DNA of 64,000 nt from Escherichia phage vB_EcoM-UFV11: sequence record OP555982.1. One strand, given 5' to 3'. The position numbers and the translations under genes were made by a program. Positions within the stretch are counted from its first letter, which is position 1. The number at the start of each line of letters is the position of its first letter. The notes under the pieces are model-generated. The model was not told the origin of the DNA, did not search any database, and was given only the letters and a program-made list of their open reading frames with translations. Of this stretch, positions 1 to 10,817 are shown piece by piece.

Positions 1-10
1 ATTTTCCTTA

Positions 11-2188
11 TTAGGCCGCAAGGGCCTTCATAGTTTTAGCGATTTGGGAAACTTCATCATCACTTAAAGAGTTGCGATAACCGATGAAGTCGGAAACAAT
101 ACGGAATTTCTTGGTAAACTCAGCAACCATTTTATCACTATTTTTTGAAGCATTACGTGATAATTCATCAAAGAGATTAGTTACTGTCCAGATATCATGA
201 CCGATGGTATCTTTTCCACCGTTGAAGTATACACCCTGTAATGAACTAACCATATTAGCGAGTCGTGTATATTCTTCAGAAACTTCATCTACACTGAAGT
301 ACTTCATCATAAAATCTAATTCAGGATACTTGATAATTTTATCAATATATCGTTTAGCTGAACTTGAATAACCTACATACTTATCATAATCTACATCATC
401 AAAAGCATCTACATATAAATCACGCAAAGCTTCAAAAATACATTGGCACTGACCGAGTTCTTTTACCTTTTTCTGTAAAAGCGGACGAATAACATAAAAT
501 TCATTAATGCCAATAAGATTAGCCATACGAATCAAAATATTCATAGATGGATGACAAAGCGATGTAGTACCATCCATAGAGAAAATATCAGAACGATGCA
601 TATACGCTACATAACCAGTAATTTCATCTGCTTCTGATGTGAGCGTAAATAGTTCCTCTTTTTCCCAGCGCCCGTCTTTAATTTCAAACTTAAATGCTGT
701 AGCAGCTTTAGGACGAGGAGCTTTACTTTTAACTACCTTTGGAATATAGCTTTTAACTAAAGCTTCAATTTCTGACAAATAATGAATGTTAACTTCATCA
801 CTTTCAAACATTGCCATAATATCAGGTAGTAAATCAATCTGCGATTCTACTTCCGGATTAATAAACAGAAGGCGTTCGTTATGATGAATATTCAAAGTGT
901 TATTAAATTCACTATCATCTAACGCTCGTGCTAATCCACGAACAATATTAACACGATTTTTAATATTATCAATAACGATATTAATTTTTGTTGTATTAAT
1001 ACCAAACAGACGATAACTTGATGCAACGGCTGAAGTTTCATGACTTTGCTTAATGCGCTTCAGTCGAGGGTCAAGATTTACTTCATACACAACTCCTGCA
1101 TTGCATAACTTACTGTCAGGTTCAAACATGCTCTGCATCTTCTTATATGACAGATTTTTAGTCGTGAATTTGACTGAATTACTAATCATATAATCTCGAG
1201 CAGAATACCCCATCTTCATCAATTCACGGTATGTGTGACGAGGAGATGTAGATTCTTTAAATCGTTTTACATCTTCATTAAATGCTTTCTCACTAAGCTC
1301 TTTAACTCGTTCAATAATATTTTTACGAGTGCGATCATCTAATGAAAGAGCTTCGCGTGATGGAGCAATATCCAGTGAACCCATTGGAAATTTAATGTAA
1401 TTCACTTCATTGCGAATGCTTAACCAGTTACGGTCTCTAATAACACCATCGATAGGATAAACAATACCGCCATAGATAGCGTACAATCCACCACGATCAG
1501 GCCAGTATCTTTCTGGATTTACACCGTAATAGTCATCAAAATCCGGAAAATAATCAATTTCGCGGTCAAGACCATTAATGATAGCCAAATCTTTGAATGG
1601 TCGCATGATATAAGAAACTTCATAAGCAAAGTTTCTAAAGTCTTTTTCTTCAACTGGAACTACGATTTCAATACCAGTTTTATCATTTGGACCCATTTCT
1701 TTTACGAATGTAGGTTTAATTTGTGGACCATCGCCATCCATGTAAGCTACATAACCACGAATTTCACCTTTATGATATGAAGTAATACTAAATGTATCAG
1801 TATAACTAAACGGAGATTTAGAACCTAAACCAAATCCACCAATGAAATCATTAGATTCAGCCTTAGATGAACTAAAGTATGAATTATACAACCCAGGAGA
1901 ATTATCATCACCCTGAATATCAAAATCACTCATACCCGGACCAAAATCTCGACAAACAAATCGTGGATCTAAACGTCCAGGAACTTGAATGATAAATTTT
2001 TCAGGATTTCCATTGAGAGCATGGGCATCAATCATGTTAGTAATCAATTCACGGACTACTGCGCGAATCTTGTTTGTATACAAATCAGATGACAGAATTT
2101 TAAATACTTTAGGAGATGCTGTGATGCTAAATGCTTTTGATTTAGAACCATTACCAAGAATTGTTTCTTTTTCAGTGGTGATAATCAT
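11..2188 (-). CDS. rIIA: rIIA protein (725 aa)
   Basis: 725-aa ORF, ATG at 2186-2188; N-terminus [16 protein letters not shown] and length match T-even rIIA as recalled. Confidence 0.93.
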   Translation of the reverse strand: MIITTEKETILGNGSKSKAFSITASPKVFKILSSDLYTNKIRAVVRELITNMIDAHALNGNPEKFIIQVPGRLDPRFVCRDFGPGMSDFDIQGDDNSPGLYNSYFSSSKAESNDFIGGFGLGSKSPFSYTDTFSITSYHKGEIRGYVAYMDGDGPQIKPTFVKEMGPNDKTGIEIVVPVEEKDFRNFAYEVSYIMRPFKDLAIINGLDREIDYFPDFDDYYGVNPERYWPDRGGLYAIYGGIVYPIDGVIRDRNWLSIRNEVNYIKFPMGSLDIAPSREALSLDDRTRKNIIERVKELSEKAFNEDVKRFKESTSPRHTYRELMKMGYSARDYMISNSVKFTTKNLSYKKMQSMFEPDSKLCNAGVVYEVNLDPRLKRIKQSHETSAVASSYRLFGINTTKINIVIDNIKNRVNIVRGLARALDDSEFNNTLNIHHNERLLFINPEVESQIDLLPDIMAMFESDEVNIHYLSEIEALVKSYIPKVVKSKAPRPKAATAFKFEIKDGRWEKEELFTLTSEADEITGYVAYMHRSDIFSMDGTTSLCHPSMNILIRMANLIGINEFYVIRPLLQKKVKELGQCQCIFEALRDLYVDAFDDVDYDKYVGYSSSAKRYIDKIIKYPELDFMMKYFSVDEVSEEYTRLANMVSSLQGVYFNGGKDTIGHDIWTVTNLFDELSRNASKNSDKMVAEFTKKFRIVSDFIGYRNSLSDDEVSQIAKTMKALAA

Positions 2189-2198
2189 AATTTCCTCA

Positions 2199-2402
2199 TT
2201 AATTCATATTACGCTTAATAACTTCGGCAACTTCTAGTAGTTCATCTTTAGTTGCGGTGTCGGATTGAATTTTATCTCTAATATCCTTAAAGCGGTTTTT
2301 AAATTCTTCGGCTTCTCCCATATCGAAAAAGCGTTGAATGATTCTATATTCTCGATGAACTGCTTTATCAAAAAGTTCTAAATTTACTTTATATGATTTC
2401 AT
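2199..2402 (-). CDS. hypothetical small protein (rIIA.1 position)
   Basis: 67-aa ORF after early promoter, SD GAGGA upstream of ATG. Confidence 0.6.
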   Translation of the reverse strand: MKSYKVNLELFDKAVHREYRIIQRFFDMGEAEEFKNRFKDIRDKIQSDTATKDELLEVAEVIKRNMN

Positions 2403-2427
2403 TTCAATATCCTCATTTGCCCAATTA

Positions 2428-2458
2428 ATTATACCACATCCTTGTGGTAAAGTAAACT
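2428..2458 (-). promoter_or_regulatory. T4-type early promoter (GTTTAC-N17-TATAAT)
   Basis: minus strand GTTTACTTTACCACAAGGATGTGGTATAAT upstream of 2402 start. Confidence 0.6.
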
Positions 2459-4274
2459 ACTGGCTCATCCATTCTTTACGAAGGTCAGCATTATCTCCCA
2501 TGAGCATTTCAAAAAGCTCTTTCCAATTCTCAGGAAGTTTAACAACATCATATACTGGGTTTTGAATCATCTCACGATATTCAGATTTTTCCAAAGAGCC
2601 AAGTCCTTTAATATAACGGATGCTATGTTTAGGTAGAGCATCTTTGGCACTCTCATATTCAGCGACTGTATAAAACCATTCTTGTTTTTTACCGACCTGA
2701 GCGATGATTACAGGAGTTTTGACAAAGCGAATTCGTCCTTGCTCAAACAATTCTGGCCAATTACTAAAAAATCCGAGCAGAGAAGGATAAATGCTTCCTA
2801 AACCATCATGGTCAGCATCGGTCATAATAGCAATATTATGATAATTCAAGTTTTCAGCTTTTTCACCAAGAACTAATCCAGTGATTGCGCAAATATCAAA
2901 CAGTTCTTTGTTTTTAAGCATATCAGCATATGACATACCCCAGCTATTAAGAACTTTACCACGCAATGGATAACCACCGTGAAGTTCTTTATCACGAACA
3001 TCAATAAGATATCCGATAGCAGAATCACCCTCAGTCAAGAAAAGAGTAGTGTCAGCATCTTTACCACAAAGATTCGCTTTGATATGTTTATGAACCTTAG
3101 CTTTAGAAGCCTTTTTAGCTGCTTTAGTTTCTGCTGCTTTTTCTGCCGCCAATTTACGAGCAAGGGCAGCTTCAATGATTGGCATTAAAATTGCTTCATT
3201 ATTTAGAATAGCGCGTGAAATCTTTTTAGCATCAAGTTGAATATGACTACGAATTTCGCCAAATGGAGAAGTCAAACGCTCTTTAGTTTGAGAATCAAAT
3301 CGCATGTTTTTCATATCACGGACAAACATAACGATAGTCAAACATTCTTTGACACGTGCTTTAGTCACATCAATTTTGAACTTACGTTTGATTTGTGGAA
3401 TAAGGTCTTCACAAATATCATCCATAACACAGTCAATGTGATGGCCACCATTCTTAGTGTGAATGTTATTCACATAAGTTAATTGACGAAATCCATCCGG
3501 TGAACGACCAACAGCAATAGAACAATTTTCTTGTTCTTGAACAATAGCATGTTCATCATACTGTCGTGCATATTTCTTAAAATTGCCCTGAACCTTTTTA
3601 CCATTAAAGGTAAATTGAATATCAGGATAAACAACAGCAAGTGTCTGGAGACGATCTAGTGTAATGTCAAGATAAACTTGGGACAGCTCATTAGTTTCAA
3701 ATGACATAAAATCTGGAATGAAAGTAACACGAGTTCCTTTCCATTTTCCAGGAATAGTTTCCCAGGATTTATTTTCCATGCCATTTGAACAACGAACTAC
3801 AATATTATTTTGACCATCGCCAGTTTCACCGACAAACATCACAGAAAAAATGTTAGTTAAACTAGAACCAACACCATTCATACCACCGGTGACGCGTTCT
3901 TTATCATCACCAAAGTTACCACCCGCTTTTGGAATAGTCCATGCAGCAACAGGACCAGGAATTTCTTCACCGGTAGGTGTTTTAACCATCGCTTGCGGAA
4001 TACCGCGACCGTTATCTTCAACTGTCACCTGATTATTTTTAATGGTAACATTAATTTTATTCGCGAATTTAAACTTAGTACGAATACCTTCATCGACTGA
4101 GTTATCGATAATTTCATCAATAAGCTTAACAAGACCAGGTACATACTGAACACTTTCCCATTTACCAAACAGAAAGCGCTCATGCATTTCATTAGCAGAA
4201 GAGCCAATGTACATGCCACTACGCTTTTTGATATGTTCAATATCGCTCAGAATTTTAATTTCATTCTTAATCAT
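2457..4274 (-). CDS. 39: DNA topoisomerase II large subunit, uninterrupted gene 39 form (605 aa)
   Basis: 606-codon ORF; first in-frame codon is GTG, ATG at 4272-4274 with SD GAGGA 6 nt upstream; N-term MIKNEIKILSDIEHIKKRSGMYIGS; GyrB-like motifs. Confidence 0.9.
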   Translation of the reverse strand: MIKNEIKILSDIEHIKKRSGMYIGSSANEMHERFLFGKWESVQYVPGLVKLIDEIIDNSVDEGIRTKFKFANKINVTIKNNQVTVEDNGRGIPQAMVKTPTGEEIPGPVAAWTIPKAGGNFGDDKERVTGGMNGVGSSLTNIFSVMFVGETGDGQNNIVVRCSNGMENKSWETIPGKWKGTRVTFIPDFMSFETNELSQVYLDITLDRLQTLAVVYPDIQFTFNGKKVQGNFKKYARQYDEHAIVQEQENCSIAVGRSPDGFRQLTYVNNIHTKNGGHHIDCVMDDICEDLIPQIKRKFKIDVTKARVKECLTIVMFVRDMKNMRFDSQTKERLTSPFGEIRSHIQLDAKKISRAILNNEAILMPIIEAALARKLAAEKAAETKAAKKASKAKVHKHIKANLCGKDADTTLFLTEGDSAIGYLIDVRDKELHGGYPLRGKVLNSWGMSYADMLKNKELFDICAITGLVLGEKAENLNYHNIAIMTDADHDGLGSIYPSLLGFFSNWPELFEQGRIRFVKTPVIIAQVGKKQEWFYTVAEYESAKDALPKHSIRYIKGLGSLEKSEYREMIQNPVYDVVKLPENWKELFEMLMGDNADLRKEWMSQ

Positions 4275-4326
4275 CACTTATCCTCGTTTGGTTTCGGGAA
4301 TATTATACTCCGGCAATCATAAAGCT

Positions 4327-4344
4327 AAAGGCCCGAAGGCCTTT
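4327..4344 (-). terminator. hairpin terminator AAAGGCC-UUCG-GGCCUUU
   Basis: perfect stem with UUCG tetraloop on minus strand just downstream of 4344 gene. Confidence 0.5.
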
Positions 4345-4613
4345 TATTTAAAACGAATAGTTGAATCCTTAAAGAACAGCCCAGAACATACTGTTCCTTC
4401 TACTTTCTGCCCGGTAGGTCCAATAGCACGAAATCCAGTATGCTGGAAATCATTTTCAGAGCAACCGAACCAATTGTATCCAGTGATTTCAATATTCGTA
4501 AAACCACTTGATGATAAAATTTTAGTTGCATTATCAGCATCAGTACATCCTACTAAAGATACTGCTAATACTAATGCTGCGATAGAACGATTAACATATT
4601 TCATAATTTTCAC
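4344..4613 (-). CDS. putative lipoprotein
   Basis: 89-aa ORF; signal peptide with lipobox LVGC. Confidence 0.6.
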   Translation of the reverse strand: MKIMKYVNRSIAALVLAVSLVGCTDADNATKILSSSGFTNIEITGYNWFGCSENDFQHTGFRAIGPTGQKVEGTVCSGLFFKDSTIRFK

Positions 4614-4984
4614 TTAAATTTAATGGCTTGAAGGAGACTAATAATTCTCAAACGGCTTCTTTCATCTTTAACTGTAAAAGAAAGAGGGTCGCCAGATTTC
4701 ATGGTAATAGTGCATTCAAAATCAAAATCTTCAGTGACTTCTTCGAAGAAGTCAAATTCTTCATCATAAATTAGAACACTACTTTGCAGACTGTGAAGAG
4801 TTTTTCCAGCATTTCTGCTAACTGCTGTACTAATCATTGTAACATTATGACCTTTCATATCTTCAACGATAAATTCACTAGTCAATATTACAGCATTAAT
4901 AGAACTATTCCTATTACTAACAGAAAGTAGAAATTTCTGTTCTTCACCTTCACGAATACGATATTTCTTACCAATTTTAAACAT
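4610..4984 (-). CDS. hypothetical protein
   Basis: 124-aa ORF, start overlaps stop of downstream gene. Confidence 0.55.
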   Translation of the reverse strand: MFKIGKKYRIREGEEQKFLLSVSNRNSSINAVILTSEFIVEDMKGHNVTMISTAVSRNAGKTLHSLQSSVLIYDEEFDFFEEVTEDFDFECTITMKSGDPLSFTVKDERSRLRIISLLQAIKFK

Positions 4985-4986
4985 AA

Positions 4987-5163
4987 TTACCCTTTAAGTA
5001 AATCGTAAAATCCACCATTCACATGCTTAGGAGCAGAAGGCCGACGAGTAGACAAACGATGACATTTAGGACAAACATCATTTTCTCGTTCAGAAATCTT
5101 TTTAATTTTTTCATATTCATGCCCGCAATCTTCGGATTGGCATTTATAATCATACATTGGCAT
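4987..5163 (-). CDS. small zinc-ribbon protein (FmdB-like CxxC...CPxC)
   Basis: 58-aa ORF MPMYDYKCQSEDCGHEYEK...CPKCH; ATG 3 nt after upstream stop. Confidence 0.45.
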   Translation of the reverse strand: MPMYDYKCQSEDCGHEYEKIKKISERENDVCPKCHRLSTRRPSAPKHVNGGFYDLLKG

Positions 5164-5165
5164 AA

Positions 5166-5591
5166 TTATTCCTTAAAATGGGCTTTCAGCATCTGATACA
5201 AAGACCACGCCTGTTCATTATTTTCAATAGTAACTTTCATGACCGGGAATTCTGTGAAATCTTCTATCTGTTCTTGCTCTTTCTCTTCCTGCTCTTGCTC
5301 TTCGGCTGCCTGGTATGGATTTTCCACTTCATCAAAGAACACAGCTTCGCTCGTTGAAAGCCAGATAAAATCTTCATCCAAAATATCTTTACCAGAAGAT
5401 AACGCCAATTTTCCACTAGATGTCACAAGTTTAGTAGGACGACCAAGATAGTCAATATCTGTAACTCTAAAAGGTTCCATACCAAGACGACGTGCATAAA
5501 TTCCGTTTTCAGTATGGTCCTTGATAAAATCTTCTTGAGCTTGTTTATTTTTAAATTGATACCATTTATTAACTTCAAATTTAATAGCCAT
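5166..5591 (-). CDS. hypothetical acidic protein
   Basis: 141-aa ORF with [12 protein letters not shown] acidic stretch. Confidence 0.55.
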   Translation of the reverse strand: MAIKFEVNKWYQFKNKQAQEDFIKDHTENGIYARRLGMEPFRVTDIDYLGRPTKLVTSSGKLALSSGKDILDEDFIWLSTSEAVFFDEVENPYQAAEEQEQEEKEQEQIEDFTEFPVMKVTIENNEQAWSLYQMLKAHFKE

Positions 5592-5806
5592 TAATAAGTT
5601 TCCTTCCAGTAAGTTGTGCCATCTTCAGTAATTTCACGAAACACACCATAAATTGGTTGTTTATCACCAACTTTTTCGTACACATAAACCGAAGTCAAGT
5701 GAGTAAACTTAACGGTATGTTCCTTTTGAACCACTACCAAATCTGGATCAAATAATACATCTTCAAATTCGTCATTAGTGCAATTCTGAACAATTTTACG
5801 TTTCAT
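5591..5806 (-). CDS. hypothetical protein
   Basis: 71-aa ORF, translationally coupled. Confidence 0.5.
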   Translation of the reverse strand: MKRKIVQNCTNDEFEDVLFDPDLVVVQKEHTVKFTHLTSVYVYEKVGDKQPIYGVFREITEDGTTYWKETY

Positions 5807-5819
5807 TACAATTTCCTCA

Positions 5820-6089
5820 TTAATTGAACAGTGGAGCGATGCGTTTCAGAAGAGTAGCAGCACCTTTAGCGAATTTTACATCATGAAAAACAGTTTCTTC
5901 TTCCGTTACAACACGAGCTTTAATGTTTTCACAATCCCAATTTTTGCGAACAATCTTCAAAAGCTGCAGTAAATCTTTACATTCAACAATATCGATAACA
6001 CATCCACGAGAATCTTCCATTATCGCACGATAACCGTAAGCCATACCATAATCGTTGAAAGATTGCTCGATGATAATTAAGTTTTCCAT
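5820..6089 (-). CDS. hypothetical protein
   Basis: ORF track starts at TTG; ATG at 6089 preceded by conserved leader TTGGAGAATAAAATG. Confidence 0.5.
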   Translation of the reverse strand: MENLIIIEQSFNDYGMAYGYRAIMEDSRGCVIDIVECKDLLQLLKIVRKNWDCENIKARVVTEEETVFHDVKFAKGAATLLKRIAPLFN

Positions 6090-6186
6090 TTTATTCTCCA
6101 AGTTATTTTCTGTATCAGTAGTTGATATTGATATAGTACCATAATCAACTACTGATGTATATAGTTTTATGAAAAAATTTTAAACT

Positions 6187-6678
6187 TTATGCATAGCGAG
6201 CTTTGCTATAGTGTTTAATCCAACTTTCAGGAATGACTTTGTATGTTCCTAAATATACCGCGTTGTACAGCTTAACACCGTCTTCTACCCACTGATCAGT
6301 AATGTATGCACACATAGCGCGAGTACGGTTAACAACACCTTCCTCACCTTCAGTAAATTCGAATTCATAAGGAGCAACGAACTTGATAGCTTGACCGAGT
6401 TTCCACTTAAAGTCTACACCTACATGTGAAGTATCAATCGTTTCAATTCCTTTAGCAGGAACAGCTTTCAAAAACGCAGACTCAAGAAATTTCGCACGAA
6501 CATAGCCAAACTGAGGTTTAGACTTTCCATCTTTAGGAATGATACGCACTTTTACTTCAGAATCTTCATCTTTAACACCATGTTTAAGCTGAATGCTTAC
6601 AATTTCGACCAATTTTCCTGCTGCTTTAGAGCGGGATTTATCAGATACACGAGCTAATTCACCAATATTAATAATCAT
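6187..6678 (-). CDS. hypothetical early protein (MotB-like position), paralog of 6752-7186
   Basis: 163-aa ORF; C-terminal motif TDQWVEDGVKLYNAVY shared with next gene. Confidence 0.5.
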   Translation of the reverse strand: MIINIGELARVSDKSRSKAAGKLVEIVSIQLKHGVKDEDSEVKVRIIPKDGKSKPQFGYVRAKFLESAFLKAVPAKGIETIDTSHVGVDFKWKLGQAIKFVAPYEFEFTEGEEGVVNRTRAMCAYITDQWVEDGVKLYNAVYLGTYKVIPESWIKHYSKARYA

Positions 6679-6722
6679 AGTTATCTCTCACTTGTTAAAA
6701 AGATTTTATACTCCACGGGACC

Positions 6723-6752
6723 ATTATACTCTGGTCCCAAGAGTTTGTAAAC
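6723..6752 (-). promoter_or_regulatory. T4-type early promoter
   Basis: minus strand GTTTACAAACTCTTGGGACCAGAGTATAAT. Confidence 0.55.
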
Positions 6753-7186
6753 TAGCTTACACGAACATTAATCACTGCGCTACGAGGAACTACAGAGTAT
6801 TCTCCAGCATGAACTACGTTCAGAAGTTCAACGCCATCTTCAATCCACTGGTCAGTTACCCAACCGCCGACCGGATTCGCGAATGGACGACGAATGTAAA
6901 CCGCCTTACACAACAAATCAGTCGGATCTTCAGGTTTTTCAATTTCTGTCAATAGATTAAAATCTTCTTCATAGATGATGAATGATGATACCCTTCCATA
7001 ATAGTTTCTAATTTCCATGTACACTGTACCAATGAGAATTCCGCTATTAACCCTAATAACAGTAAAAGGATATCCGCCAGTTGTACCAAGAAGTTCCCAA
7101 AACTTGCTATCAGTCGTATTCGACATTGTCTGGAAATCAATTTCAGATGGTTTTTTCATTTGATACGCAGTATTAATTTTAATCAT
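6752..7186 (-). CDS. hypothetical protein, paralog of 6187-6678
   Basis: 144-aa ORF; shares TDQWIEDGVELLNVVH motif. Confidence 0.5.
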   Translation of the reverse strand: MIKINTAYQMKKPSEIDFQTMSNTTDSKFWELLGTTGGYPFTVIRVNSGILIGTVYMEIRNYYGRVSSFIIYEEDFNLLTEIEKPEDPTDLLCKAVYIRRPFANPVGGWVTDQWIEDGVELLNVVHAGEYSVVPRSAVINVRVS

Positions 7187-7195
7187 AATTTTCCT

Positions 7196-7708
7196 TTAAT
7201 CTAAGGTAATAAAGCCTTTTAATTCGGCATGCGATTTGCGGAACATTACTTGGTGACCGCCAATGATAACTTGGTCATCAGGAACTTCATAAATCGCAAT
7301 GTACATTCCACGATCTTTTAAGTCTTCACGCTCTTCTCGAGTAAACCATCTCATTATATCATATTCACTAGCGAAAGCAAAATGATATAATGCAATAAAC
7401 CACAATGGAATATAATTTTCAATTCGTGAATAATCTTTATTCCATTTAGTTTTAATAGCATCATTAGCATTTTCAACTAATAACTTATCATCGTGTGGAA
7501 TAGGAATACTTTCATGACTTTCATAATCATTGCTATGATGATGAAATGACGATGAATTAATACCGCAAAATTTTAGCCAAGTTCGAGTTTTCATAGAATC
7601 AAATCCACGATAAGGAGTTGATTGAACGCATAACTCTTGCCTAATTTTCACTATACCACTATCATCATTTAATGCGCTAAACGATGATTCAACACGATAA
7701 ATTTTCAT
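7196..7708 (-). CDS. hypothetical protein
   Basis: 170-aa ORF downstream of early promoter at 7736-7765. Confidence 0.55.
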   Translation of the reverse strand: MKIYRVESSFSALNDDSGIVKIRQELCVQSTPYRGFDSMKTRTWLKFCGINSSSFHHHSNDYESHESIPIPHDDKLLVENANDAIKTKWNKDYSRIENYIPLWFIALYHFAFASEYDIMRWFTREEREDLKDRGMYIAIYEVPDDQVIIGGHQVMFRKSHAELKGFITLD

Positions 7709-7735
7709 TTTATTATCCTCAGTAGCTATGGTGTT

Positions 7736-7765
7736 ATAATACCATAACTAACCGAGGAAGTAAAC
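7736..7765 (-). promoter_or_regulatory. T4-type early promoter
   Basis: minus strand GTTTAC-N18-TATTAT upstream of 7708. Confidence 0.45.
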
Positions 7766-7771
7766 AACTTT

Positions 7772-8455
7772 TTATCGTTTTGTTGGAAGAGATAGAGGAT
7801 CACACTCTTCCTCTGATGGAGCGTCTTCAAGACCCATAGCATAGCGCAAAGCATACTTCATCATCAGGATGTCTTTCGCACAGTCATGAATAGAATCATG
7901 CGCAACGAATCCATCTAAAGTTCCTTTTGGAAGAGGACACGTGGTCATATCACGAACAAGGAGAAGTGCTTCAATTCTGGTACGAATATCACGCTGATTC
8001 CAAAATTTACAAGGTTCTAACTTAAATGTATCAAGCTCATTCTCGGAAACGCCGTTAAAACGTTGAATATCGCGAATGAGATCGACTAAAATTGGAAAAT
8101 CAAACGACATTCCACGGCACCAGCCTTGAGATTTCCAAGGATCGATATTATGCGCATTGATGTAATCATTAAATTTTGCAATACCATCGATAGTGCTTAC
8201 ATCTTCATCTGATGGCGCAATATTTTTTCGAGCTTCAGGAGATTGATTCTTCCACCATTCAATAGTGCTTTTAGTAAAAAGACGGTGTCCTTTTTGACTT
8301 TTTAAGTCAAATTTAATTTTAATGCCACGTGAAACTAGTTCATCGAATGTTTCAACAACTTCTGGGTTAGGGTCAAAAGCAATTACAGCCAAATCAATAA
8401 CAGCTGCTTTTTCACCACTTCCCATCGTTTCAAAATCTATAATAAAATCAAACAT
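7772..8455 (-). CDS. dexA: exonuclease A (DexA, 227 aa)
   Basis: 227-aa ORF MFDFIIDFETMGSGEK; DEDD-type exonuclease motifs; T4 order. Confidence 0.88.
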   Translation of the reverse strand: MFDFIIDFETMGSGEKAAVIDLAVIAFDPNPEVVETFDELVSRGIKIKFDLKSQKGHRLFTKSTIEWWKNQSPEARKNIAPSDEDVSTIDGIAKFNDYINAHNIDPWKSQGWCRGMSFDFPILVDLIRDIQRFNGVSENELDTFKLEPCKFWNQRDIRTRIEALLLVRDMTTCPLPKGTLDGFVAHDSIHDCAKDILMMKYALRYAMGLEDAPSEEECDPLSLPTKR

Positions 8456-8745
8456 TAAACTTTCCTCGCTAAATCGCGAATTTGACCTACAGTATAATCT
8501 TGGATATAAACTTTATTAATAGGCTCATCAATAAATTTTGCCATAGATTCAATATCTTTTTGCATCTCTTCAAGACTGTATACTATCTTTGAAGCTTTTT
8601 CACGAATAGTTGCATTTTCAGGTCCTGGATTTTCTTCAATGACAGCTTTAACATTTGCCATAAGAGATTTAAACTGATACCAACTTAATTCAATCATTAA
8701 TAACCGCCTTATAAAGATGGTTAATTTCACCCAAAACATAATCAC
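8455..8745 (-). CDS. hypothetical protein
   Basis: 96-aa ORF. Confidence 0.5.
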   Translation of the reverse strand: MIMFWVKLTIFIRRLLMIELSWYQFKSLMANVKAVIEENPGPENATIREKASKIVYSLEEMQKDIESMAKFIDEPINKVYIQDYTVGQIRDLARKV

Positions 8746-8950
8746 TGATTGTGACAGTTTTCACTTCGCCGCAAAAGAATTCTAACGCAATTAAATCTCG
8801 TTCAATTTCTTCTAATTGAAGCATTAACTTGCCAGATTCAATTTTTACATTTCTACGATTTTTACTATAAGCTATTTCATAAATTTCGCTCACTTTATCT
8901 TGAAGCAGATAAAACTGGTCTTTAGTTATTTCCACGAATAGCTTCCTCAA
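8690..8950 (-). CDS. hypothetical protein
   Basis: 86-aa ORF; true start may be internal. Confidence 0.4.
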   Translation of the reverse strand: MRKLFVEITKDQFYLLQDKVSEIYEIAYSKNRRNVKIESGKLMLQLEEIERDLIALEFFCGEVKTVTISDYVLGEINHLYKAVIND

Positions 8951-9182
8951 ATTTAATTAGTAATTTACAGACACTTTCATCTAGTGTAATTACCGTATCT
9001 GTATTACTGTGATATGATTGTTTTTCAATTCGTTTAATTGCTAATATAGTATCACTTATAAGATAAAGCTTATGAAGGAGCTCAGCTCCTGTTACCATAA
9101 CATCGAGATTATCTTGCTTATTAGTATGCTTCCTTATACCATCTATTAGACGATTTAAATATTTTGAATTGATGTTAATCAT
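8922..9182 (-). CDS. hypothetical protein
   Basis: 86-aa ORF. Confidence 0.45.
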   Translation of the reverse strand: MININSKYLNRLIDGIRKHTNKQDNLDVMVTGAELLHKLYLISDTILAIKRIEKQSYHSNTDTVITLDESVCKLLIKFEEAIRGNN

Positions 9183-9188
9183 ATATCC

Positions 9189-10508
9189 TCACACATAAAA
9201 TACGTCATAACGACCACGGGTAACACCAACATAAAGAAGTTGTTGAGCCAATTCAGCATCTGCATAATGAATACAAGGCGTATAAATGAAAGCACGGTCT
9301 ACAGACATACCCTGAGCTTTATGGAATGTTGATGCAGGAAGTGCTTTCACTTTACTAAACTGTGATTTAGCATCCCAAAAATCACTCCATGGAGCTTTTC
9401 CGCCTTTGTTCCAATTTTTATAAGTTTCTGCCGTTTTACCTAAAAATAAGTTAAACTTATACAGCTCTTCATCAGATGAAATTATTTTAATCTTTTCACG
9501 ATAATATTCATCATCGCCGTAAGTTTCTACTGTTAAATCCCAATGACGAATTAGATATTCTCCAGGAACACCACGAGCTTTAACAAATGTTGATGTATAT
9601 TCTGCTTCTATAATACGAACTAATTGTCCGTTATTAAAAATAATTTCTGACACAGGCTTTCCATCAATTTTATATGTTTTAATTAATGGTTCCTGCATTA
9701 CAATAATTTCACCGACAATAAAATCTTTATCAGTTTCAAAAATCTTTTTACGAATAATGCTATTTAACTTGTCAACAGATTTATTCGTAAATGCCATTAC
9801 GCGATTTTCAAACAAATCATCTAGTGATTTGACGATTGAAAAATAATTTACCATAAAATCGCGTAAAGCGGTATCACCAGTAAATCCACGTACTCCATGC
9901 CCGTCAACAACTTTATCATAAATCCACTTACCGTTGCGAACATCAGTAGCTACATCAATAATAGGAGCATTACTGCGTTTAACTTCAGTGAGTTCACACT
10001 GATAAAAATCTTTGTGTGTAAAAAATGGACTGATATAAGCAGTGTTTTCTCCTGGGTCAACAGGTCTAATTTGCTTATTATCACCTATTCCAATTATAGT
10101 ACACCACGGCGGGATAGTTGAAAGCAGAATTTTAAATAGCTTTCTATCATACATTGACACTTCGTCGCAGATTAATACCCTGCATTTAGCTAAATCTGGT
10201 ACTTCCTTCTGTTCAAAAAGAACGTTTTCTTCATATGTTACGGGGTTAATTTTAAGAATACTGTGAATAGTACTCGCTTCTTTCCCCGACAGTTTTGAAA
10301 GAATCTTTTTAGCTGCATGTGTAGGAGCTGCCAAAATGATACCAGTTTCGCCCGTAGATATTAAAGCTTCAATGATGAACTTAGTAAGAGTAGTCTTACC
10401 AGTACCAGCAGGTCCATTAATAGTTACATGATGTTTCTTTTCTTTAATAGCCCTCATAACGATGTTAAAGGCATTTTTCTGACCTTCGGTCAAATCATCA
10501 AATGTCAT
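9189..10508 (-). CDS. dda: Dda DNA helicase (439 aa, SF1)
   Basis: 439-aa ORF; Walker A GPAGTGKTT; matches recalled T4 Dda sequence. Confidence 0.95.
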   Translation of the reverse strand: MTFDDLTEGQKNAFNIVMRAIKEKKHHVTINGPAGTGKTTLTKFIIEALISTGETGIILAAPTHAAKKILSKLSGKEASTIHSILKINPVTYEENVLFEQKEVPDLAKCRVLICDEVSMYDRKLFKILLSTIPPWCTIIGIGDNKQIRPVDPGENTAYISPFFTHKDFYQCELTEVKRSNAPIIDVATDVRNGKWIYDKVVDGHGVRGFTGDTALRDFMVNYFSIVKSLDDLFENRVMAFTNKSVDKLNSIIRKKIFETDKDFIVGEIIVMQEPLIKTYKIDGKPVSEIIFNNGQLVRIIEAEYTSTFVKARGVPGEYLIRHWDLTVETYGDDEYYREKIKIISSDEELYKFNLFLGKTAETYKNWNKGGKAPWSDFWDAKSQFSKVKALPASTFHKAQGMSVDRAFIYTPCIHYADAELAQQLLYVGVTRGRYDVFYV

Positions 10509-10816
10509 CGTAAATTCCCTGCAATTGGTATACTAACAATACGCCCAGTATCTAAAATTCGCCGATATAATCTTTGTGTGTCTACATCAGGCTTAACGTG
10601 TTTAACTTCTATTTTATTAAACCAAAACTTGCGTGGAGTCTCAACTAGTCTTGGAATTCCCATACCTAAAGCTAGTTTATATTGGTCTTTGAGAGTAGTA
10701 AAAACTCTATCAGCAATCTCTCTTTCAAAAAACACAGCAGGACGATGTTCATCAAGAGGAACTGGCGCAGTAAATCCATCTTTGTCTCGGTAAACTATCG
10801 CATATACATAAACCAT
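10505..10816 (-). CDS. hypothetical protein (dda.1 position)
   Basis: 103-aa ORF. Confidence 0.55.
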   Translation of the reverse strand: MVYVYAIVYRDKDGFTAPVPLDEHRPAVFFEREIADRVFTTLKDQYKLALGMGIPRLVETPRKFWFNKIEVKHVKPDVDTQRLYRRILDTGRIVSIPIAGNLR

Positions 10817-10817
10817 A

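Noticed and set aside
1-10. rIIB
   Set aside because: Only ~10 nt downstream of the rIIA stop fall in the window; nothing can be called
1989-4617. Plus-strand ORFs from the six-frame track lying antisense to rIIA and gene 39 (1989-2237, 2979-3188, 3237-3482, 3850-4032, 4207-4617)
   Set aside because: Fully embedded antisense to well-supported genes, no RBS, low-complexity products; typical of AT-rich sequence
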